This document shows positions 57,172 to 64,000 of a stretch of DNA of 64,000 nucleotides, one piece after another; positions within the stretch are counted from its first letter, which is position 1, and each line of letters opens with the position of its first letter. The position numbers were made by a program, and so were the translations under genes. The notes under the pieces are model-generated. The model ran no database searches. It was not told where the DNA came from and saw only the letters and a program-made list of their open reading frames with translations. The stretch comes from an uncultured Acidimicrobiales bacterium (lineage in GTDB: Bacteria > Actinomycetota > Acidimicrobiia > Acidimicrobiales > SHLQ01). The stretch is from positions 6,279 through 70,278 of the forward strand of contig CALHTB010000021.1 in NCBI GenBank assembly GCA_938038785.1. Reading direction: 5' to 3'.

Positions 57172-58751
57172 TTGGATACCTCTTTCTGCAGGAATCGTGA
57201 TCGAAGTTCAGGCCGGTCGATCTTGCCGTTCACGTTCTTGGGCAATTCATCGAGCTGAATCCACCGATGGGGAAGCATGTACTTGGGGACCAGACCGCCC
57301 AATGCCTTCGCAAGCCGTGCGGGCCTGATCGGCTCGGGAGCGGTATAGGCAGCTGCAATCGCCGAACCATCGACGTGGTCGAGCTCGATAGCGACGATGG
57401 CCGAGTCGGTCAGTTCGTCGAGCGTTTGAAGAGCCGACTCGATTTCGCCAAGCTCGATTCGGTAGCCGCGGCTCTTGATTTGGGTGTCCTCGCGGCCAAT
57501 GAAGGTTGCAACGTTGTGCTCGTCGAGCGAGGCGAGATCGCCCGTCTTGTAGACACGTCGGTTGGGAAGAAGATCCGTCCTGAACACGGCGGCGGTCTTC
57601 GTCGGGTCCTTCCAATAGCCAGGGCTGAGGCCAACACCTTCGATGTACAGGTTTCCAATCTCTCCAGGGTCGGCATGGCTACCGTCGTCGCGCAGTACGA
57701 GTAGCGCCTCCCCAGCACATGCAACGCCAATGGGAATCGAAGCTGTTGGGTCGTCTGGTTTGTGCTCAACTCGATGCCAGCTACTTGCGATCGTGGCTTC
57801 GGTTGGTCCGTAGAGATTCGTGAATTCGACGTGAGGCATGGCCGTCATGAGCGCGATGAGCGTGGGCGTTGGGAGCACTTCTCCGCACCACATCAGACGC
57901 CGCAAGCTAGCAAAGGGTTCTTGGGGCAACTCGCCGACGCGAGTCAAGTGATTGAGTGCCGACGGTACGGAGAACCATTGGGTGAGTTGGTTGGTGTGGA
58001 TCCACTCGATCAGGTCGGCAGGGTTGGCGTTGACGTTCTTCGGTACTGGGTGCAGCGTGGCTCCTGCTGCGAACGTTGCATAGATATCCATCGTGGACAG
58101 ATCGAAGTGCAGTGGTGAGTGGCCCGAGATGTGGTCGTCGGCGAGGTAACAAAAGTGTTCGACTACCCAATCGACGTACGCCAACACGTTTTCGTGGGTG
58201 ATGATCACTCCCTTTGGTTCACCCGTTGACCCCGAGGTGAACAGAATGTGAGCGGTGTCCCTTGGCGTGATATCGGGTCGCCCAAGAGCTACCTCGCCGT
58301 CGTATGCGTCAACTTCGGCTGCGCCGAACGCAGGCTCGACCGGCCACGTGGGCAGTGCTCCTTCGATCCAACCAAGAGCGACGTTGGGGTTCGCAGCCAG
58401 TGACGCCTCGACCGTCGTGATCGCAGAAGCATCGGCAATGACGACGGCTGGGTCAGCCGACGTGAGGATGCGGGTAATTCTTGCCGCTGGTGAATCTGGA
58501 TCGATCGGAACGTAGGGTGCTCCGAGCTTGGCCGCGGCAAGCATCGCCGCGATAGCACCGGCACCCTTAGGCATGGCGATCGCAACCCGATCGCCCGCAC
58601 CCACACCGAGGTCGATCAGCAGTCGAGCAATCTGGTTCGACCGCCGGTGCAGGTCTCGATAGGTCGATGTCGAGTCTTCCTCGCACACCGCGACCTTGTT
58701 GGGCGCATCTTTCGCCCAACCTACAACGTCGTCAAATAACAGCCTCGCCAT
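57168..58751 (-). CDS. Stand-alone amino-acid adenylation enzyme (DltA / NRPS A-domain family)
   Basis: TSGSTGEPKGV (A3), HFDLS (A4, with the Asp that binds an alpha-amino group), YGPTE, YKTGDL, GREDTQIKSRGYRIELGEIE (A8) and NGKIDR (A10). Confidence 0.9.
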   Translation of the reverse strand: MARLLFDDVVGWAKDAPNKVAVCEEDSTSTYRDLHRRSNQIARLLIDLGVGAGDRVAIAMPKGAGAIAAMLAAAKLGAPYVPIDPDSPAARITRILTSADPAVVIADASAITTVEASLAANPNVALGWIEGALPTWPVEPAFGAAEVDAYDGEVALGRPDITPRDTAHILFTSGSTGEPKGVIITHENVLAYVDWVVEHFCYLADDHISGHSPLHFDLSTMDIYATFAAGATLHPVPKNVNANPADLIEWIHTNQLTQWFSVPSALNHLTRVGELPQEPFASLRRLMWCGEVLPTPTLIALMTAMPHVEFTNLYGPTEATIASSWHRVEHKPDDPTASIPIGVACAGEALLVLRDDGSHADPGEIGNLYIEGVGLSPGYWKDPTKTAAVFRTDLLPNRRVYKTGDLASLDEHNVATFIGREDTQIKSRGYRIELGEIESALQTLDELTDSAIVAIELDHVDGSAIAAAYTAPEPIRPARLAKALGGLVPKYMLPHRWIQLDELPKNVNGKIDRPELRSRFLQKEVSK

Positions 58752-58838
58752 GACCCCCGCCTACCGTGCTGTCCCGCATGCTCAGCACAAAGACGACCAT
58801 AGTCCTCGGGTCCGATGGCCCGCAATGGCAATTTTTGG

Positions 58839-59468
58839 TTAGGGGCGTTCGCCGAAGTTTGGGCCCTCGGTGCGGGTGCGCTTGAGTTCCCAGAAGCCGT
58901 CCATAGTGCTCATGGTGACCATGGCATCCCAGAGAGCGAGACCTTCGTCGCCTTGAGGTGCTCGGCTGATGACCGGGCCAAAGATGCCGATCTTGCCTGA
59001 GTCAGAGGGGAAGGCAATGATCGGTGTGCCGACGTCTTGTCCGACCAGGGCAAGTCCTTTGTCCATTTTTTCGCGGATGACCGCGTCGAAAGACTCGTCG
59101 TCGTAGGCCGCTGCAAGCGCGGTGTCGAGGCCTGCATTCGAGAGCAGACGCTCGGCCGACACAGCCTCGTCGGCTACATCGCTGACCCCGTCGTGATGGA
59201 TATTGCGACCGCATTCCCAATAGAACTGGAACGCCGCGTCCATGCCATCGGCAGCCTTCACGGCTTCAAACACGCGCAACAGTTTGTGCGTGTGTTCGAC
59301 GGGAGCGAAGTAGTCGCTGTCCTCGGGCGGCTGGTTCTTGAACAGCAAGCTGATCGGTTGCCACGTGATATTCAGATCACGCTCTGGCTGCACAACGTCG
59401 ACGACCCAACGAGCCGTCACCCAACACCAAGGTCAAATCGGATCTACCCAGAATTCAATGTCTGTCAT
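58839..59468 (-). CDS. DsbA-like thiol oxidoreductase (Rv2466c family) interrupted by an in-frame TGA at the first Cys of the CxxC motif (selenoprotein candidate or pseudogene)
   Basis: Hand translation from ATG 59468 gives MTDIEFWVDPI-TGA-PWCWVTARWVVDVV..., which then continues as the 193-aa track ORF. The family N-terminus, as I recall it for Rv2466c, is FWFDPLCPWCWITSRW. C-terminal FWELKRTRTEGPNF also matches the family. Confidence 0.6.
59400..59418 (-). other. Small hairpin 15 nt downstream of the in-frame TGA (possible SECIS-like element)
   Basis: RNA GACGGC-UCGUUGG-GUCGUC: a 6-bp stem (one G-U pair) with a 7-nt G-containing loop. Drawn by eye only. Confidence 0.25.
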
Positions 59469-59547
59469 GCGTCGACACTACTGGTCACATCCGCGCTGGC
59501 CTACATGTTCGCTCCGCGAGCTCCGCTCAGCCATGGCCGGCTCTCAC

Positions 59548-59590
59548 CAAAAGGTACCTGGTACCTAACGCCCGAAAGGTACCTGGCACC
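59548..59590. repeat. Direct repeat of a 16-mer containing GGTACC cores
   Basis: AAAGGTACCTGGTACC (59550-59565) and AAAGGTACCTGGCACC (59575-59590), period 25 bp. Shares CCGAAAGGTACC with 34013-34024 (reverse strand). Confidence 0.6.
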
Positions 59591-59659
59591 CTTCGATGCA
59601 TCGGTTCCGCTGAGCGGAACGAGTGGACGATATGTTCCGCTGGGTGGTTTACTATCGGG

Positions 59660-60376
59660 ATGGGACTTCTTGCGGTTGATCGGGTTGCGGCGGTGCTCGA
59701 AGCACTTGGTTCGGGGGCGAGGACGCTGCCTGAGGTGTGTGACGGTGCCGGGCTTCCGAAGTCGACCGCATCGCGGCTCATTGCCGCACTTGAGGAACAC
59801 GGCCTTGTGCACCGAGCCAGTGACGGGTCTCTGTCACTCGGCGCCACCCTTGGTTCCCTCGGCTCGCAACCGCCAGCGCTCGGCCGGTTGATCGACGCGG
59901 CCCGAACGCCAGCGCGCCGGTTGGCTGAAGCTACCGACGAGGCTGTGTGTCTGTCGGTGATCGCCGCTGGTGAGACCCACACCGTGTTCCAAGTCGATAC
60001 GCCAAAGGCCGTGTTCGCTCAGGATTGGGTCGATCGACGATGGCCCATCGAAGAGACCGGTTCGGCGATCTCGATTTTGTCGACCTGGTCACCTACTGAG
60101 GTAGCTGACGTCCTCGGTCCATTCGGCGCTCGCACACGGAAGAAGTTGTACGAGGCCATTGATGTCGCCCGGCGTCAACCGATCTCCTGGTCGGTCGACA
60201 ACTACGTCGATGGCTTGACGAGCGTCGCTGCTCCCATCGTCTCGGATCGAGGTCGGGCAACAAGCGCGTTGATCATCTACGGACCGAGCTACCGGTTCCC
60301 GACGACGAAGATGCGATTGAGGGTCGAGAGCTTGCTGGCGGGCGCTGCAGCCGAAATAGGGAAGGACCTGTACTGA
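59660..60376 (+). CDS. IclR-family transcriptional regulator
   Basis: VDRVAAVLEALGSGARTLPEVCDGAGLPKSTASRLIAALEEHGLV HTH plus an effector domain. Stop overlaps the next start (TGATG). Confidence 0.85.
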   Translation: MGLLAVDRVAAVLEALGSGARTLPEVCDGAGLPKSTASRLIAALEEHGLVHRASDGSLSLGATLGSLGSQPPALGRLIDAARTPARRLAEATDEAVCLSVIAAGETHTVFQVDTPKAVFAQDWVDRRWPIEETGSAISILSTWSPTEVADVLGPFGARTRKKLYEAIDVARRQPISWSVDNYVDGLTSVAAPIVSDRGRATSALIIYGPSYRFPTTKMRLRVESLLAGAAAEIGKDLY

Positions 60377-61893
60377 TGGCCCGACGAGGACGAGCACGTT
60401 CGACTGCTACCGAACCACGAGTTCGTCAGCTCCCGTGGCGCCAGGTAGAGATGACTCACGGACCACTACCGATTCTCGACGAGGAGGGTGTCGACCGAAT
60501 CCACAATGCGTCGATTCGGGTGCTCGAAGACCTCGGCATCGAACTGTGGAGCGAGGAAGCCCGGCAACTGTTCGCCGACGCGGGGGCGATAGTTGACGGT
60601 GAAGTCGTGCGGGTTGGTCGCGACATCATCGAGGAAGCGTTGACGACGGCGCCGAGCCGCTTCAATCTCACTAGTCGCAACGAGGCCAAACAGATCGAGC
60701 TTGGCGGCAACAAAATCGCGTTCGGCTTGGTCGCAGGCCCACCGTCGATCCACGACGAGATCCGTGGACGTCGACCGTCGAACATGGACGACTACAAGAA
60801 CTTCACGAAGCTGGCGCACTACTTCAACGCCATCCACATCATTGGTAACCAGGTGGCATCACCGCTCGAGCTGCCGGCCAATAACCGGCACCTCGACACC
60901 TACCTGGCAAACCTCACGCTGTCGGACCTCTGCTTTCACACACTGTCGATCGGGCGCGGTCGGGCCCGAGACGGCATTGAGATGATGGCGATTAGCCGAG
61001 GCATCTCGGTCGAGGAGATGGCCGAGTCACCCGGCGTTATCACGGTCATCAATGTGAACTCACCTCGTCGGTTCGACGAGGAGATGGCCAATGGCCTGAT
61101 GGAGATGTCGTCGAACGGCCAGGTCGTGTCGGTCACGCCCTTCACGCTCATGGGAGCGATGACCCCGGTGACGCTCGCCGCGGGCCTGACCCAACAAAAC
61201 GCCGAGGCGCTCTTCGGGATTGCACTCACTCAACTCACCAAGCCCGGTGCGCCAGTGGTCTACGGATCGTTCACCTCGAACGTCGACATGCGTTCTGGCG
61301 CCCCGGCCTTTGGTACCCCCGAACACACCAAAGCCAACGTGGTGTCGGGGCAACTCGCCCGTCGATACGGCCTGCCGTACCGCAGCTCGAACTCGAGCGC
61401 ATCGAATGTCGTGGACGCCCAGGCCGCGTACGAAACGCAGATGTCGCTGTGGGGGAGTGTGCTCGGCGGTACCAACCTGCTGTATCACGCCGCGGGCTGG
61501 ATGGAAGGCGGCCTTCAGGCCAGCTACGAAAAGCTCGTGCTCGATGTCGAGATGCTCCAGCAGATGATGGAGTTCCTGACCCCGATCGACCTCAGCGACG
61601 AAGCCCTGGCATTCGACGCCATGGAGCGAGTTCCAACCGGCGGCCATTTCTTCGGCGACGAGCACACGCTGGAGCGCTATGAGCATGCGTTCTACTCTCC
61701 GCTCATTTCCGACTGGCAGAACAACGGCGCCTGGCAAGAAGCCGGCAGTCTGACAGCTACCCAACGCGCCACGGCAGTGTGGCAAACCGCGCTCGACGAC
61801 TACAGCGAGCCTTCCATCCCCGACGATCGACGCGAGGCACTCGATGACTACGTAGCTCGCCGCAAGGAAGCAATCGGTGACGGCGAACCATGA
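60376..61893 (+). CDS. MttB-superfamily (trimethylamine methyltransferase-like) protein, non-pyrrolysine type
   Basis: 505-aa uninterrupted ORF. N-terminal PILDEEGVDRIHNASIRVLEDLGIELWSEEARQLFADAGA and the overall length are typical of COG5598 members. No in-frame TAG. Confidence 0.8.
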   Translation: MARRGRARSTATEPRVRQLPWRQVEMTHGPLPILDEEGVDRIHNASIRVLEDLGIELWSEEARQLFADAGAIVDGEVVRVGRDIIEEALTTAPSRFNLTSRNEAKQIELGGNKIAFGLVAGPPSIHDEIRGRRPSNMDDYKNFTKLAHYFNAIHIIGNQVASPLELPANNRHLDTYLANLTLSDLCFHTLSIGRGRARDGIEMMAISRGISVEEMAESPGVITVINVNSPRRFDEEMANGLMEMSSNGQVVSVTPFTLMGAMTPVTLAAGLTQQNAEALFGIALTQLTKPGAPVVYGSFTSNVDMRSGAPAFGTPEHTKANVVSGQLARRYGLPYRSSNSSASNVVDAQAAYETQMSLWGSVLGGTNLLYHAAGWMEGGLQASYEKLVLDVEMLQQMMEFLTPIDLSDEALAFDAMERVPTGGHFFGDEHTLERYEHAFYSPLISDWQNNGAWQEAGSLTATQRATAVWQTALDDYSEPSIPDDRREALDDYVARRKEAIGDGEP

Positions 61894-62600
61894 GGCCCCG
61901 CGTTCACCGCTACGGTCGGTTCATGATTGCTCGGCGTACAGTTCTCGCAGCAGGTGCTGGCCTCACTCTCGGAGCATGCGGGACCGCCAGCAGAGCGGAC
62001 AGGGATTCCCTGCTGGCGGCAAGCGCAACCTCCACGACGACCGTTGACGCGCTCGCCGCCGATACGACGAGTCAAGAGCCCATTGTCATCGCGCTCACGT
62101 TGCACCGACTCCTCGACGATGGCGAGTTGGGAACGATGCGAACTTCGGGCGAGCTCGACGACATCGGTCAGCGCATCAACGAGATTTGGGCGCAAGCCAA
62201 CATTGTCTTCGAACCACTTCTCGTACGCGATCTCGTCGTTCCCACGGCGGTGCTGGCTCCAATCGTCTCAAACGGGAACATCGATCCGTTGATCGACGCC
62301 TTTCGTTCATCTATCGAGATTTCGGATCCCGGAGTGTTTAACGGCTTCTTCTTGAGCTCAGCCTTCGGGGTTAATGGGTTTGCACCATCGGGGGTCCGAG
62401 CCTTCTTCGTTGTCGATGAGCCGACGGTGCATGATGAGCGGGTCACCAGCCACGAGATCGGCCATTTGCTCGGGCTGCACCACAACGCTGACGATCCCGA
62501 GCGGCTGATGTTCTCGGGCACCAACGGAACCACGCTCGATTCGGTCGAGCAAGTCGTGGCCCGCTACATCGCACAAGGAGTTCTCGATGGACAACGCTGA
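61890..62600 (+). CDS. Tat/lipoprotein-signal metzincin-type zinc metalloprotease
   Basis: MIARRTVLAAGAGLTLGAC (twin-Arg plus lipobox). HEIGHLLGLHH (HExxHxxGxxH) followed by LMF (a possible Met-turn). The start may be 61923. Confidence 0.65.
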   Translation: MRPRVHRYGRFMIARRTVLAAGAGLTLGACGTASRADRDSLLAASATSTTTVDALAADTTSQEPIVIALTLHRLLDDGELGTMRTSGELDDIGQRINEIWAQANIVFEPLLVRDLVVPTAVLAPIVSNGNIDPLIDAFRSSIEISDPGVFNGFFLSSAFGVNGFAPSGVRAFFVVDEPTVHDERVTSHEIGHLLGLHHNADDPERLMFSGTNGTTLDSVEQVVARYIAQGVLDGQR

Positions 62601-63270
62601 GTTTCGAGCTCGGTGGTCGCGCCGACTTCTGCTTTTGTTGGGCGGTGTGGTGCTGTTGGCGGCGTGTGGCAGCGACGACGTGCCGAGCGAATCCGCCAAC
62701 GACCCAACCGCGCCAGCAACCTCCTCTGTCTCTGCGACGGCTCTCGATTCGTCGGTGACAATTCCAAACGACGGTGGCTCGCTCGAAGGACACACCCCGC
62801 GGGGCTTCAATGGCATGGGTACCGGGTTGTTTGCGGGCGACGAGCTCAACTCGAATTTTCCGCCTGACGACGGGGTGCAAATTTGGCTGACATTCGCGTT
62901 CCCGGCCGATGTCGCAACCGCCGAGACCGCCGAACTACGTTCCGACGCGTTGACCGTTCGTGGCAACCCGTTTGAGGCGCTCGGTCCGCTCGAGATTGCT
63001 CCTGTTCAGTTCGCCGAGTTCAGCCCGGCCGTAGTCGACCTTGAGCCGGTCGGCCCGACGGTGACGTGCCCGATGCCGGAAGGATCATCGTTTCGATGCG
63101 ACGCCACGGATGCGGTTCAGACGGCCCTCGACGCGGGGGACGAACGTGTACAACTTCGTCTTCGCTTTGCTGGCGTCTCTGATCCCGACGGCGAACAGGA
63201 CATGGCATTGTTCTTCCTTAGTGATTCGAATACCAACGAACCGGGCATCTTCGAACTCGTAATTGAGTAA
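62587..63270 (+). CDS. Lipoprotein of unknown function
   Basis: RRLLLLLGGVVLLAACGSDD lipobox. The remainder is unassigned. Confidence 0.5.
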   Translation: MDNAEFRARWSRRLLLLLGGVVLLAACGSDDVPSESANDPTAPATSSVSATALDSSVTIPNDGGSLEGHTPRGFNGMGTGLFAGDELNSNFPPDDGVQIWLTFAFPADVATAETAELRSDALTVRGNPFEALGPLEIAPVQFAEFSPAVVDLEPVGPTVTCPMPEGSSFRCDATDAVQTALDAGDERVQLRLRFAGVSDPDGEQDMALFFLSDSNTNEPGIFELVIE

Positions 63271-63302
63271 CACCCGCCACATCAAACGCTAGGTTCTCGA
63301 CC

Positions 63303-64000
63303 ATGGACATTATTGAGGAGATTGTCGACGCTGAGACCGCCGACGGGACGATGGCGGTGTTGGTCAAGTACCCAGACGATGGTCAGCGGCATCCGACGAT
63401 TGCTGTCTTCCAGGATGCACCGGGTATACGGCAGTCGATCCACGACTTCACCCGACGGCTCGCCGCCGAGGGATATCGGGTCGTGACCCCCGATCTGCAT
63501 CACCGTCACGGACGGATGCTTGGTTGGGAGGCCAGTGAGGCCACCGATGAGACCCGAGCGAAGGTCATGGAGATGTTGGGCTCGATGACCGACGATCAAA
63601 TCCAAAGCGATCTCGATGATGCACTCGCCCTTATCGACCTCGATGCTGACGAACAGCTCGGTGTGCTCGGGTTCTGCCTTGGCGCCCGTGCGATGTTCCG
63701 TACGTTGATGCGCCTGCCTGACCGATTCGCGGTCGGAGCAACGTGGCACCCGTCGCTCCTCGTCTATGAACCCGACCCTCCGCATCTCACCGCTGCTCGG
63801 CTGAAGCAACCGGTGTACATCGGAATTGGTACTGCCGACGAAATTCAGTCGATCGAACTCCAACAACCATTCTTCGATGCTGTGGCCGACCTCGAGAACG
63901 TCGAGGTCGCGATTTTCGACGGGGCAGATCACGGCTTCACCTGGCCGCTGAGTCCGACTTACCACGAGCTCGCGGCAACGACCTCCTGGGATAAGACGAC
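63303..64000 (+). CDS. Dienelactone hydrolase family protein (3' end beyond window)
   Basis: Hand translation from ATG 63303: MDIIEEIVDAETADGTMAVLVKYPDDGQRHPTIAVFQDAPGIRQSIHDFTRRLAAEGYRVVTPDL...GVLGFCLGAR...ADHGF. The GFCxG nucleophile and HGF blocks are present. Absent from the ORF track because there is no stop in the window. Confidence 0.7.
   Translation, partial: MDIIEEIVDAETADGTMAVLVKYPDDGQRHPTIAVFQDAPGIRQSIHDFTRRLAAEGYRVVTPDLHHRHGRMLGWEASEATDETRAKVMEMLGSMTDDQIQSDLDDALALIDLDADEQLGVLGFCLGARAMFRTLMRLPDRFAVGATWHPSLLVYEPDPPHLTAARLKQPVYIGIGTADEIQSIELQQPFFDAVADLENVEVAIFDGADHGFTWPLSPTYHELAATTSWDKT

Noticed and set aside
59037-59891. 284-aa plus-strand ORF
   Set aside because: It spans the antisense of the DsbA-like gene, the intergenic repeat region and the start of the IclR gene in a different frame. 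No motifs.
60376-61893. Possible pyrrolysine (in-frame TAG) in the MttB homologue
   Set aside because: The ORF is uninterrupted for 505 codons and has no internal amber codon, so it is a non-Pyl family member.
63282-63965. 227-aa minus-strand ORF
   Set aside because: It is the shadow of the dienelactone hydrolase gene, which is open-ended on the plus strand and therefore missing from the ORF track.

Overview
GC-rich window with long shadow ORFs in nearly every frame. By gene content it is a chromosomal segment of an actinobacterium-like organism: aspartokinase with an internal beta-subunit start, a RamB/ScfR-type regulator, MMPL, an Rv2466c-like DsbA protein and Thr-rich secreted proteins. 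All calls come from reading the ORF translations and the DNA by eye and recalling family motifs. No database search was run, and start codons are often uncertain. I recognised about 70 protein genes. I saw no rRNA, tRNA, CRISPR array, transposase, integrase or phage gene. Housekeeping genes (aat, lysC, asd, glnS, FKBP, nei, ggt) are interleaved with accessory metabolism. One theme is quaternary-amine and osmolyte catabolism: a gamma-butyrobetaine hydroxylase, BKACE and carnitine dehydrogenase cluster, a non-Pyl MttB methyltransferase, three PhyH-type dioxygenases, and GlxA/GATR-type and IclR regulators. The candidates most worth follow-up are: (1) an Rv2466c/DsbA-like oxidoreductase whose first CxxC cysteine codon is an in-frame TGA followed by a small hairpin (selenocysteine, or a fresh nonsense mutation); (2) a five-gene, translationally coupled cassette of stand-alone amino-acid adenylation enzyme, carrier protein, GNAT-like protein, formyltransferase and LLM oxidoreductase; (3) a YozG-type HTH regulator fused to a ribosomal L7/L12 C-terminal domain, behind a small membrane protein; (4) two translationally coupled paralogous proteins of unknown function transcribed behind an IclR regulator; (5) a CGAAAGGTACC motif clustered in two distant regulator-proximal intergenic regions; (6) a decayed malate synthase remnant next to its RamB-like regulator.
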